Assembly: GCA_000165425.1 (NCBI GenBank)
Contig: CT868318.1
Span: forward strand, 205,643 to 269,642
Reading direction: 5' to 3'
DNA: 64,000 bases
DNA from: Paramecium tetraurelia
Lineage: Eukaryota
The notes below the pieces were generated by a model, which made no database searches, was not told where the DNA came from, and worked only from the letters and a program-made list of their open reading frames with translations. Within the stretch, counting starts at the first letter, position 1. Each line of letters starts with the position of its first letter. Made by a program: the position numbers and the translations under genes. Positions 1 through 13,346 of the stretch are shown here, one piece after another.

Positions 1-1791
1 TCAGCAACTAAAATCATTTTGGAGGAAGGCATTTCAGCTAATAATAACTGTTATTTTGCATTATTATTATTAGAATTGGCTGGTAAATCTAAATTCATTG
101 GGATTTCCACTTCCTTTTATTTAAGAAGTTCCACCAATTATTGTATTCTAGACTCTTTAGTCTAATTGATATCTTCTAGTTCCTTTTGTAGTTTATCATA
201 GGCATCAAGTTCCTCTTATAATTGTAGTATTGTTTCATCTCTTTCATTCAATCTGTTAGTTAAGGCGATCATTATATCTCTCTATTTGAGTAACAATTAT
301 TTATATTTGTCTGTTTGAGCCTTATCCTCTTCAATGTTCTACCGCTCTTTTTCCAATTCTTGTAATCTCTCCTGATATTATTACCTAATTAACTTTTGCT
401 GTTTTTCTAGGGCATTCTAAAATTAAGGGGTTTCTTCAATCTTCTACCCTCCAACAAGCATTTATGAATTCAAGGCTGATATCTTTTCTTCCAATTGCTT
501 TCTCATTTCTCTTTCCTAAACCAGATCTCTGTTTCTTTATTCATATGCACTCATCACTTCTTGCTTATCTTCTAGAGCCTTTTATCGTTCTTTTTCTAAT
601 TCAGCTACCATTGAGTCAATTGGCATTTAACTTCTTTCATCTAATTCTTATTTTAATTTTCTAGATTTCTAGTTAATATTTTCTAAGCAAGGCTCCTTGA
701 TCTTAATCCTAATTAACCATAGGAGTATTTCTTATATTTTTAGCTCTGTTTGCAAATTTCAATGTTGATAGAGACTCGTTGAAGGCTTCGATAGCTGGTG
801 ATATCATTGCCATAAATGTAGTCTTGCAATTACCTCCAAGTGAGTCTTCTAATAATCTAGTTATTTTAGAATCTCTATAAGGAATATGTGATTTGGGTTG
901 TTTTAGTTCAGTCAAAGCAGCAATAACATTTCCTAATGCAGATAGCGATTGATTAATCTTTTTTGACTCCTCTAATCTTATACCTGTTGCTCCAGTGACT
1001 CTAACTCTTTCACTCCCTGCCAAATCCACTAAATTTAGTTTTCCAACTCTTGCTCTTTTTCCTTCTGGTGTTTCTTCAATTTATTTCAACTGTAATGATA
1101 AAAACTGCATGACTTCTTGAAGATGTGTCGTTCATTCTCGTACTTGCTGTTACTCTCTTGGCATTACCTCTTCTCATCAATTGATATATTTCTGGGGGAG
1201 AACGTACTGCCCATTCTGATAGATTCTCAACAAAAACTCCTCTTTTCTTATCTTCTCTGATATTCAATTATTAATGATCTGGTCTTAGAAGATCACTTAT
1301 AGATTCATTGTAGATTTATAAATATGATGCTCTCACCATAAATGTTGTCATCGAATTAGATTTCATCTATATATGTGTAAAGATGTTATGCAATGATCTT
1401 GGGATGATACCCAATTAATCAGAATTTGGTGTAAATGAGAATCCGTGCATTGTGTATGTCTTTCCAGTTCCTGTTTATCCGTATGCCATAATGGTTGAGT
1501 TATATCCCTTTTGAATACTTATTCATTTCATACTTGAAGTGTCGAATCAACTGACAAAGCAGCTGTGGTTTCATAGACTTCCACTTAGGTGCTTTCTTAA
1601 TCATATACATAATCAAATGTAAATTAATGAATGGTGTAATTCGCTGGATTTTATACAAATGCTTCCAATTCCTCATCAGGTACTAGCTCTATTGCATGAT
1701 AATCGAAAATGCAAAGTTATTGATTATCTGGAGCCGCTTGGACCTTTTCAAATTATCAATCATAACTTTACAGTTGATATGAATTTGCCAT
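1..1791 (-). CDS. Kinesin motor gene, partial duplicate copy with three single-base indels relative to the copy at 1942-3826
   Basis: Motifs [33 protein letters not shown]. Near-identical to 1952-3741. The 5' end runs into the N-gap and the 3' end runs off the window. Confidence 0.75.
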
Positions 1792-1941
1792 NNNNNNNNN
1801 NNNNNNNNNNNNNNNNNNNNNNNNNNNNNNNNNNNNNNNNNNNNNNNNNNNNNNNNNNNNNNNNNNNNNNNNNNNNNNNNNNNNNNNNNNNNNNNNNNNN
1901 NNNNNNNNNNNNNNNNNNNNNNNNNNNNNNNNNNNNNNNNN
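1792..1941. other. Scaffold gap (150 N)
   Basis: Run of n characters. Confidence 1.
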
Positions 1942-3826
1942 TGAAGAGGGATCAGCAACTAAAATCAGTTTTGGAGGAAGGCATTTCAGCTAATAATAAC
2001 TGTTATTTTGCATTATTATTATTAGAATTGGCTGGTAAATCTAAATTCATTGGGATTTCCACTTCCTTTTATTTAAGAAGTTCCACCAATTATTGTATTC
2101 TAGACTCTTTAGTCTAATTGATATCTTCTAGTTCCTTTTGTAGTTTATCATAGGCATCAAGTTCCTCTTATAATTGTAGTATTGTTTCATCTCTTTCATT
2201 CAATCTGTTAGTTAAGGCGATCATTATATCTCTCTATTTGAGTAACAATTATTTATATTTGTCTGTTTGAGCCTTATCCTCTTCAATGTTCTACCGCTCT
2301 TTTTCCAATTCTTGTAATCTCTCCTGATATTATTACCTAATTAACTTTTGCTGTTTTTCTAGGGCATTCTAAAATTAAGGGGTTTCTTCAATCTTCTACC
2401 CTCCAACAAGCATTTATGAATTCAAGGCTGATATCTTTTCTTCCAATTGCTTTCTCATTTCTCTTTCCTAAACCAGATCTCTGTTTCTTTATTCATATGC
2501 ACTCATCACTTCTTGCTTATCTTCTAGAGCCTTTTATCGTTCTTTTTCTAATTCAGCTACCATTGAGTCAATTGGCATTTAACTTCTTTCATCTAATTCT
2601 TATTTTAATTTCTAGATTTCTAGTTAATATTTTCTAAGCAAGGCTCCTTGATCTTAATCCTAATTAACCATAGGAGTATTTCTTATATTTTTAGCTCTGT
2701 TTGCAAATTTCAATGTTGATAGAGACTCGTTGAAGGCTTCGATAGCTGGTGATATCATTGCCATAAATGTAGTCTTGCAATTACCTCCAAGTGAGTCTTC
2801 TAATAATCTAGTTATTTTAGAATCTCTATAAGGAATATGTGATTTGGGTTGTTTTAGTTCAGTCAAAGCAGCAATAACATTTCCTAATGCAGATAGCGAT
2901 TGATTAATCTTTTTTGACTCCTCTAATCTTATACCTGTTGCTCCAGTGACTCTAACTCTTTCACTCCCTGCCAAATCCACTAAATTTAGTTTTCCAACTC
3001 TTGCTCTTTTTCCTTCTGGTGTTTCTTCAATTTATTCAACTGTAATGATAAAAACTGCATGACTTCTTGAAGATGTGTCGTTCATTCTCGTACTTGCTGT
3101 TACTCTCTTGGCATTACCTCTTCTCATCAATTGATATATTTCTGGGGGAGAACGTACTGCCCATTCTGATAGATTCTCAACAAAAACTCCTCTTTTCTTA
3201 TCTTCTCTGATATTCAATTATTAATGATCTGGTCTTAGAAGATCACTTATAGATTCATTGTAGATTTATAAATATGATGCTCTCACCATAAATGTTGTCA
3301 TCGAATTAGATTTCATCTATATATGTGTAAAGATGTTATGCAATGATCTTGGGATGATACCCAATTAATCAGAATTTGGTGTAAATGAGAATCCGTGCAT
3401 TGTGTATGTCTTTCCAGTTCCTGTTTATCCGTATGCCATAATGGTTGAGTTATATCCCTTTTGAATACTTATTCATTTCATACTTGAAGTGTCGAATCAA
3501 CTGACAAAGCAGCTGTGGTTTCATAGACTTCCACTTAGGTGCTTTCTTAATCATATACATAATCAAATGTAAATTAATGAATGGTGTAATTCGCTGGATT
3601 TTATACAAATGCTTCCAATTCCTCATCAGGTACTAGCTCTATTGCATGATAATCGAAAATGCAAAGTTATTGATTATCTGGAGCCGCTTGGACCTTTTCA
3701 AATTATCAATCATAACTTTACAGTTGATATGAATTTGCCATCTTTAATCTCCCTTGCCATTGGAGGACGAATTCTAATTACAACTCTAAGATTTTCATTT
3801 GAACCTTCTTTCTCTCTCTATTTCAT
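1942..3826 (-). CDS. Kinesin motor protein, N-terminal motor plus coiled coil; 3' end truncated by gap
   Basis: [22 protein letters not shown]..., [49 protein letters not shown]; two tiny GT-AG introns (28 and 26 nt). Confidence 0.93.
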
Positions 3827-3834
3827 TAATTTTA

Positions 3835-4497
3835 ATGTTGTATTTACTTTTAAACATAGCTTTTGCAAATATATTAGATAATGTTTTTGCTAACTTTGAT
3901 GCCCCATACGTTCACATCCCTAATGATTTTCACGTTGTTTTTGGCACATAAAGAACTAGTAGTCCAAATACATTGAGTGTAGATTATTCTACAAAATTGG
4001 AAAGCTCTCACATTATATTATCAATTGACAAAATTGGAGAAGTCGCCAATGCTTATGTCAATCTTACTACAAATAAGGTATACTTAAATTATTATCATTC
4101 ATTTCCACCTCAACTCAAATGTTAAACATTCAATGGCCCAAACCTTTCCAATAAATTGTAGCTACAATCTGGAAATAATGCATTCATCTTGGAGCCTGAT
4201 GTTGTCTTCCATTTGATGAGTCTCTATATGGGCACTGGAGATGATGATCTAGCTAGATTTGAATTAAGTTCACTTTTATAAGGAAAAAACAAAGCATATG
4301 CATTATTTGATAAATAAGGAAATCTAGATTCTATAGAAATAGATTTGGAAAATAAGAGATAAATCAAATTCTATGTAATCGAAGACTTAGTGGAAAAGAA
4401 GTTTGTTAGAGAGGATTTCCAAGTGCCTTGGGAATGCCAAGAATCGGATGTAAATTTGAGTGAGATTATTGAAAAATTGATGTTATTATTAAAGTGA
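3835..4497 (+). CDS. Hypothetical protein with signal-peptide-like N-terminus (220 aa)
   Basis: Uninterrupted code-6 ORF MLYLLLNIAFANILDNVFANFDAPYVHIPNDF...LLLK-TGA. Confidence 0.7.
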
Positions 4498-4503
4498 AAT
4501 AAA

Positions 4504-6639
4504 ATGAATATGAGTACAAAAACAATGAAATCTCTATAGCAAAGCACTTATAAACATCAAATATTGTCTGATGTATTCTCTGATATCAACTTCTATAAAT
4601 ATCGCAGTCAGTCAAATACTGAATAATACACTCCCCTCAAGGGATTTCAGATTGTTAAATTAAGAGGTCCTTCTCGATTATCAGTTTAATAATCTTAATA
4701 ATCTATTAAGACTGTTAAGAGCATTAAAAAAAGAAACAATTCTCAAAGCAATGTCAGATTTGATCTCTTCAAACATGTCATGGAAATGGATGATAGTGAA
4801 ATGCATGAAAAACTTATGAATCTTTTTGAAATCGACCTTAAAATGCGTAAGAACTTGGAAATCAACAGAATGATAGTGCAGGACAAATAATAATCCTCAG
4901 CCCAAATCGACGAGATCTATTAAGAGATTTTATTGATGTTAAGCAACACCATCGAAAGAATACATCAATATATCAATGCCAACAATCTCGAACGCTCAAA
5001 CTTGAAAAAAGCACATCGTAGAACTGCCGTTGAAATCGAGCACCAAATGCAAGAGTTCATCAATATGATGTTAACTGCTATTGCCAAAAGAGATATGACT
5101 TTGGCAAGACTAATCGAAAATGCTTGGAAATTGATATCTGTTGCAATAGAAATGATATTACAAAATGGAAAAGCAGAATAAGAATATATCCAATAAGAAG
5201 TATTAAATGAATTATAATAAGAAGTTGTGCAATTAAAATAATAGAATGAAGATATCTATCATAAATACATGGAAGTCTCTGAATTAAATAATAAATTAAC
5301 TCATTAACACAAACAAGAAATCAATAATCTAACTTATTAATTGAACATGGCAAAAGTTGAATTTAATGATTACAAATAAAATCAAGAGGCATAAAGTACT
5401 TTAGAAAATGCTACTGGAAGTCTCAAGGATGTAGAACTCAATCTCAAAGACACTCATAAGATATTGAATAAAATCGAGGAGAATATTAGTAACAGAGATA
5501 CTTAACTTTATTAGACATTAAAGTCTGTTGTCTAATAACATAAAATGGATAAGGATAGTCAAATGAACAAAGCATAGAAGTTGATTAATAGATATTAACT
5601 AAAATCATTAAATACTAAGCAGTGTATTATAGCTTCCGAATATTTCAATCATCCTTTTGTTTAGTATTTGGATATTAATTTTGAATACAATTAGCAAGAT
5701 GAAAAGTGCATCTAATAATTGCTTATTGATTGGTTTAATTAAGAATGTATGAAACCTTAATTTGGTACTCACCCAGCTTAATAGAGATTGGAATAAATAA
5801 GCACTTATGAAAGGAGAAGCAATGCTGAAAGTTTTATTCATTTTTTAACTAAAAATGATAATCTAAATCAATTACAAAATTGCATTGCTTATATAAGTTA
5901 AAACTTAGAGATGGGTGATCTAAATTAATTAAACAAAGTAGAAAAATTCAATAGATAATTTTGTATATTTTTCGGCGTTATTTTCCAATTTGACATTAAC
6001 AATATAGAAATTGATTTGTTGACTTATGATCGCATAAGATTTTTGTATTCAGGTCTTGTTTAGACTAACTAAGAAGAACAAATTCAGAATTAAAATAAAT
6101 TCTAATGGTACAATTTTATTATTTAAAATCTGGGTGATTTATGTGCTTCAATATTTCTGGATTATTCAGAAAAAGTATCAAATTCTTAATAGACAATTAT
6201 TTAAATCTTTGTCTACATTATGTAATGTGAAAGTGATAAGAGAAAACACCACATAAAGAAATTGATTGAGGACTTCAAGAATGTGGATATTGAATTGAAT
6301 TTACAAAGAGAAAGAATGTAAAAATATGTCAAAGAATTATGCTCATTTTACAACTACTAATATAATGAATTGCATGTAATTCAATATGCCTAGGCTTTAT
6401 TTGATCGCTATATTCGAGTTTATCAAACTGGAAGAAAAAGAAATGGTTTAGAAATCGGAGAGTGGATTAGCTTTATTTAGGAATTGTAGCAAATAATGAA
6501 TAAGTTAATATTAATTAAACCTCATCTGCATCATCAAATCTTTATGCTTGAAGATCTTCAATATGTAAACAAGGAATTTTAAGTGCATACTCGAACTACA
6601 TAGATCGAAAGAAGGGAATCACAAATAAGAAAAAAATGA
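4504..6639 (+). CDS. Hypothetical coiled-coil protein (~711 aa)
   Basis: Long code-6 ORF from MNMSTKTMK to TGA at 6637-6639, with a Q/E/K-rich central part. Confidence 0.75.
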
Positions 6640-6681
6640 ATTAACTATTTAATCAATTAAAAATATAATATTAAATTCATT

Positions 6682-8392
6682 TCATTTTTTTAATTTTTAA
6701 TTTCTGAAATAATAATATCCACTACTTAATAATCCTATAAGAAGAGCTAATCCACTTGCTAATTAAAAGATAGAAATGCTATCATATTATAATTATTAAA
6801 TTTGGATATCCGAATATCCAAAAGATCTAATTAATAATAAAAGTATCTTAGGGGATGCAGAATTTCTGCAATTTTAGAAATTATGTCCAGACTGAAATAT
6901 TCTCATCAAAAATTATAAATGGAAAAAGCTAACATGTTGAAAAACAACAAGAATGTTCAATAATTAAGAAATCAACTATGCTCAATCTCTTTTTCTCAAT
7001 TTACTCTTCTGCCTATTATTCATCTTAAATGCTAATCACATAAGTCTTCGAATTTATTGTATTATTCTAGGTGATATATTATTCAATTATTCTTCTAAGA
7101 TTTTCTAATTTAAAAGCATCTGACATTTTAATATCAATTCCAATGTAAGTTAATAATTTATAAGTATCTCTATAATTAAGAAAAGAGAATGCTCTAAAAT
7201 AGGATTTCAAAAATACTTCCACAAAGCCAACCATTAAGTTAAATCAATATCTTGTGATTGAGGATGATATTATTCGAGAAGAGGAAAACTAGTTTGATAC
7301 ATTTCAGGATAGAAAATAATGCCAAACTAATTTTGAGTAAGAGTAGAAGCATTCAAGTCAAAAATTGATTTAGTTTTTATAAAGCAAAATCACTTAATTC
7401 TGCTGTTTGCCCAGCATCTTAATCTATTATTAATCGAAAGTTTCTAGCAAATTAAATACTCTTCTTGAAATATCGAATCATCAATTGTTAAATAATCTTT
7501 ATAAATAAAAAAGCAAATGATGGTCCAACTAATTTAAATCTTCATCAATTCTATTCCTATCTTTTTAGAACCATGAAGCCTTGCAAAGTAATAAAATTTT
7601 TTTATTTGACTCATCTTTCAATTCCTCTTCAATCATATCCTTAATCCCTGCAATATCGCTTTTATTTAGTTGCCTTTTAAACACTTTCTTTTAAAATTGT
7701 TCTAATTCTTGATCACTCCATACACCATCTCCGTCCTCATCACAAATTCGAAAAATACAAGTCAATGCTTTTTGAAGCCCTCTGTAATTTATTTGGTTAC
7801 TAGGCTATACAAGGGTGACAAAGGGTATAAATAAGCTCTTTAGGCACAGTTAATTACATCCTAACACTCTAAAACTTAATTGAGGAGCATTCTATTCCTA
7901 TTTCAACTTACTATATTATATAGATGTATTACACTGAAATCCTTTACCAATTGTTTAATCAATTTATAAACTCTGTAATTTTCTCTATCACAATCAAGTC
8001 CGATCAAATCTAGTTTATTACCTACTATTATAATTGGCTATTGAAACTCCTTTTCTTTCAATACCTTGAACCAAAAATTCTATAATCTCTCACATGAAGT
8101 ATCATTATCAATTGAGTACATTAAGAGAATGACATCTGCTATTTTAACTTATTCTGGAATTTAGTTAGGCTGACTTTTTGTATCAATCAAAATAGTATTG
8201 CATTCTGGGTGATTGAACATTTCTGGAGGTAATTGAATAGGCATATGTTAATCAACATGAGTGTTCATATTAAGGCTTTCATTAATTAGAGCCGAAATGA
8301 TTGTTGATTACCAACTCCACCCAAGATTAACCATTAAATAAAATATCAATACTATCACCAATTACAACGACTTTAAAATTCCTTTTCTTCAT
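6682..8392 (-). pseudogene. Mitochondrial Rho GTPase (Miro/Gem1) gene with multiple frameshifts
   Basis: MKKRNFKVVVIGD..GVG[K]STIISAL, IIIVGNKLD, ECSS, EF-hand IFRICDEDGDGVWSDQEL and a C-terminal TM (LASGLALLIGLLSSGYYYF). Has -1 lesions near 8308, 7862 and 7770, further shifts downstream, and an intron acceptor reading GG instead of AG. Confidence 0.8.
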
Positions 8393-8424
8393 TTTAGTAA
8401 TTATCTAATTATAAATAAATTATT

Positions 8425-10978
8425 ATGAATTTGGAATACCCATGGGATGTGTAGAAGATTAAATTTAAGAATATTTAAGTTTTCCGGAGTCATTAAAAAG
8501 AGGTAATTGATAGCATAAATCTAGAAATATATACTAATTGGCAATCATACTCTATCATAACAATTTTGCATTCTACATCTAAATATTCTTAAAGGGGCCG
8601 ATCTTCAACAGAAAGATCTAAAACAATACATTTAAGAAGAGGATCGCTAATTTGAGACACTTGAAGATGCAAAATAATACTTATAAAAATATAATTTAAC
8701 ATATCTTTATACAGTATCAGGAATAATAGGGTTCATAAAATTAGTATAAGGATATTATGTAATGTTCATAAAGAGGCGTAAATCTATTGCAAAATTGGGT
8801 AAACACACAATTTTCACAATTGAAGAAAGATAAATAGTGGAATTGTTTGATGGGCCATATTCATCAGTTGAATCAAAATATAAAAAATTATTGTAGGATT
8901 ATGATCTAGAAATTGGATTCTATAGTAGTTATACTTATGATGTTACAAGTTCTTTATCAAAAAACATCATTCCATCTGAAGATGTTCAAAACAAGAATCA
9001 AAAGTATCATCAAATTGGATCATATCGAAATTTATTTATGTGGAATCATTATCTATTAGCAGAATTTGATAAAATTATTAAAGATAAGAGATGGGTGATT
9101 CCAATTATTCATGGTTATTGTGAATAAAGTACAATTAAAACAGTTGCTAATTACTTTAGCATTACTTTATTAGCTAGGAGATCTACAAGGCATGCTGGTG
9201 CTCGTTATTTAACTCGAGGTATCAATGAATAAGGGTATGTTGCTAATTTTGTTGAAACAGAATAAATTGTAATTGAATTAGACAAATCAACATGTTAAAG
9301 ACCAGCTTGCTCCTCGTTCATATAAATCAGAGGTTCTGCTCCTGTTTACTGGTATCAAGAGCCAAAGATGTATTTATTTAAATTACCGATTAAAATACCT
9401 TAAAGTGACCCTTATTTATACGCAACTAAGAAACATATTTGTGACTTGATTTCCTCATATGGGAGACAAATCTATATGGTTAATTTGGTTAAGTAGAATG
9501 AGCATAACAAAAGAGAACAAGTATTAGCTGAAGAATATTTTTCAGCCATCAATACTGTTAAGGAGGAAATGTAGAATCAAACAGAAATAGAAATAGGATA
9601 TTTGGGATTTGATATGAAAGCGTAATTAAAACAGGATAAAGAGGAGTTTGTCAATAAGTGTTATTCATTAGCATATTATTGTATTATGAAAACAGGAGTA
9701 TTTCTATTTGTAAAAGAACCTAAATGTAATGAGAATGTTATTATCGAAATCTAAAATGGAGTTGTAAGGTCTAATTGTGTTGATTGTTTAGATAGAACAA
9801 ATGCATTTTAATAATTGATAGGCGAAATGGCACTTGGAATTCAATTGGCTAAAATTAATCAGAGTAGTTTGAAATTTAATTTGCTTCTATTAAATGAATC
9901 CATCCTACAAGAATTTAGAGAGATGTATGAATAATTAGGTGACTTTGTTTCATAATAATATGGTAGTTCATTAGCTCATAAATAAAATATTGGCTAGAAA
10001 TCTAAACGAATAGAATTGTTTACTTCTTTGAAAAGACATTATAATAATAATATTGAAGATCCTTAAAAATAAAATCAAATAGATGTATTTTTAGGAATTC
10101 ATCGTCCTTCTCCAGAGTATATTGGAGAAAATTTCCCTGTTTGTCTGTTTCCTGACACAAAATATTTATAACAGTTCACTCAACATAAATAATGGTGGGT
10201 TAATCCTTACATGGAATTTCAGTAGAAATCTTTAATTGATGAGATAAGCAGAAGATGTAAAGAAGCTAGTTAATAAGCTAAGAAAGATTATAAAACAAAA
10301 ATAGAGAGAAAATAAACAATTTTTAATTTTGATATTATTGAGAAGATGAAGCATAAAGCAAATTAAAAATTAAAAGCAAAGAATGTTTTTATATTATAAT
10401 CCCCTTACACAAAGTTGAGAGAAAAACCATCTAATTACGTATCCAAGCCTTTTAATTTAGAAGAAAAACTGAAAAAACCATATTATGATGTTATTTAAAT
10501 TTTTGAACCTGAATAATTAGGTGATTCTCCTTGTGACTCCCATTAATCTTCCCCAAAATAAAATACCTAAAATTTAAAAACTCGATTCTCACTACTAAAA
10601 GGAAATGAAATTCTTGAAATTGAAAAATACACAAGAATAAAAACATTTGACGAATTAACAGATGAGGCGAATTAAATAAGAAAATATTTAAAATACAATC
10701 TATCATCAGATGAGGAAGACAAGTTAAGAAGTAACTTGAAAAGATATCTGAATGGAGAATAACCTAAAGATTAAGTTGCTCCAATAGATAAAAATCCAGA
10801 TGTTTAAAAATAATATAGTGAAGTGAAGTAGTCTATTGCAAATTCAGAAACCGTCTAAGATGTGTCAACATAGCAGGCAAAAAAGATACCTGTTGAATAG
10901 AAATCAGTCAAATTTTTAGAGTCATTATTAAAAAAAAATTTTGCTTAATCTTAGAAGTTAAAAATTAATAAAATATGA
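8425..10978 (+). CDS. SAC-domain phosphoinositide phosphatase, FIG4-like
   Basis: [56 protein letters not shown] and catalytic RSNCVDCLDRTN (~9767-9802). Start uncertain (8425 or 8442). Confidence 0.9.
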
Positions 10979-11639
10979 ATAATATGATTATATAATAAAA
11001 ACAACTTGAGCTTCTATCACTCAAACCTTCTCCAACTCTCTACAGCTTGCCAGAGAATAATGAGGATTTTTTTAATGTCTCTTTAAAAGGATGTAGTCTG
11101 ATACTGTCTCAGGATAGTTTAAATTTTGGAAATTGAAAAATTCAGAATTAATAGATGAATATTTTAATATCTTCTTGTATCTTTAAATACAAAGTTTTTC
11201 ATCTTCATTTTTAATTTATTATACTTAAAAACCATCAAGTTTTTGCTTAACTGTTTCTTCATCCACCAAAGAAGAATTTCAAACTACATTTAAGAATTGA
11301 ATTTTATTTGACTCATCTTTATAAGCATTAAAAGTATTCTTTTTGATAATAACGAATAATAACTTAGAAAAGACAAATTGAAAAGTTTATGATTTAACAT
11401 TAAACAATAATAAAATATATAGACCTATATTTAGTCATATATTAATATTGAAATAAATTAAGGTTTTGTTTATTTCCACTATATTTTTAGAAAAACAATA
11501 AAAATAAGAATACCATATCTCATAAATCATCATAAGATATTCACCTACATTAAAGAATAATAGATTTAAGTTTAATGATTTCAAATATAGAGTCTTATGC
11601 AAAAACGATTAAATACTATGTATTAAAATATTTATTTAA

Positions 11640-12113
11640 ATGGGAAATGTATGTTAAGCGACATAAGTTATTATAACTCCAGAAATTAGTGATGAATCTG
11701 CAAGATCTCAAAGAATCATGGAAACAAGTCATAGAGCTATATTTAAGGAGATTTATAAAAAGGAGAAGGCCGAAATTCCTGAGTTATCATACTCATCACC
11801 ACCACGTAATTATCTTCCTCTCCTTAACTTGGATTTAATTGAACCAGATCAATTCTTCCCTTAAATTAAATCAAGCAGAAGAGCTTTGAGTTTTGTTAAT
11901 GAAAAAACTAAAAGACAGATAGTAAAGAGCCGAACTCCTTCTCACAAACCTGGTCCAGAATCTATGTCAATCACAAAATAACCAATCAAATCTTCTCTGA
12001 AATCTATCAATTCTAAGATAAGCAGCTCTAATAAAAGTTAAAAGTCAGTTAGATGGGGTAGCGATTTAAGTGTTTTCCTTAACTTAACTCACTATTAAAA
12101 TTAATAGATATGA
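11640..12113 (+). CDS. Small protein (157 aa) with N-acylation motif MGNVC and PP1-docking-like motifs
   Basis: Intronless code-6 ORF; KSSLK at 11988-12002 and KSVRW at 12042-12056. Confidence 0.75.
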
Positions 12114-13346
12114 AATTACTTTATATATATGTATATAAAATGGATGAAACTAGTTAACTTTCTGTTTTTTCTTATCAAAAGTCATCGTTATAAAAAGATT
12201 AAGATTAAAATCACATTATCATTAAGCTTTATATTTATATGTATGGAAGAAGATGTTAGATATCTTAAAATGAATTTGTAAAAAATGGAATTCCTTTCAT
12301 TTTTAACTAAAATTTGACATTTTTTAGTCAAAATACGCTCACTTATATATTTTCATGAAATGAGATTTATGTTGATCATTTAGATATATTTCGTAATTGA
12401 GAAACTAATATCTAAAATGCATCCTTTTAATTAATAAATCCTCTAAAAAAATTAAACACCAATTAATAAAATAATTACCTAATATAAAAAAGTGATGATA
12501 AAATATGCAGGCTTTATAAAATTAGTATGAAATTTTATGCTAACAAGAGTGCTTCTAATTGAGTCTAAATGAAATATTTAAATAAAGAGTATTTGAAATA
12601 TTTAAAAAATATTGTCTCTTGAACTCAAAATTATAATAACTGGAGAAAACCTTTAATAAAATATAGTATTCCCTAATATGGTTAAATAAACCCCTTTTAT
12701 ATAGTATTTAGTCTGATTAGTCTATGATTTTTTTATGATAACTTCACAAAATCAACAAAATCTTACTTCATAACTGTTTAGCTTATGGATTTAAAATTAG
12801 TTAATTGTTGACATTCAAATAGAATAGACATATAATCAAATAGTATATATGAATAATCAAAATTGGGTTTGAAAAGTGATACAAGAGAGAACAACAATAA
12901 AATTTAAGATGACTTAAGTTTAAATAATTAATTTTAGTTTAAGTGATTTCTTAATAAGATAGAATGCCTAAAGTGATATAAATGATTATCAGATATAGGT
13001 CAAATTTAAATGAGTAATAAAATTAAGACGATTCATTGTTGAGAATAGAATAGAATTAATTCTAATTCTCAAATTTAAGAAATCTTTAAAATAAAGCAAA
13101 ACAAAATCTTGAAAATTTCTTTGCCAAAAAAACCTTTGATTTATTTGATTCACAAGTAATGCAATAGTGAATCACACAGATAATCCATTTTTATCTTAAT
13201 CTTCATTCTACAAATTAAGATTTATTGTAATTTAGATCAAACAACATAAGGTGTTTTTGAGATTAATTAATGAATTAATATATCTAATTGAATGGTATGC
13301 TTTGATTAAAAAGTTAATATGAATATACTTATTTTAATATTTTACA

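Larger units (their letters stand above)
1..3741. repeat. ~1.79-kb direct duplication (1-1791 vs 1952-3741) flanking an assembly gap
   Basis: Sequences match except for 1-nt indels; the offset goes 1951, 1952, 1951, 1950. Confidence 0.95.

Noticed and set aside
10990..11340. Short minus-strand coding-like stretch
   Set aside because: No convincing start or motif; may be a gene remnant but is unsupported.
12120..13320. Long AT-rich interval as a gene, IES or transposon
   Set aside because: Frames I tried hit TGA early; no terminal inverted repeats or transposase motifs seen. IES status needs MAC/MIC comparison.
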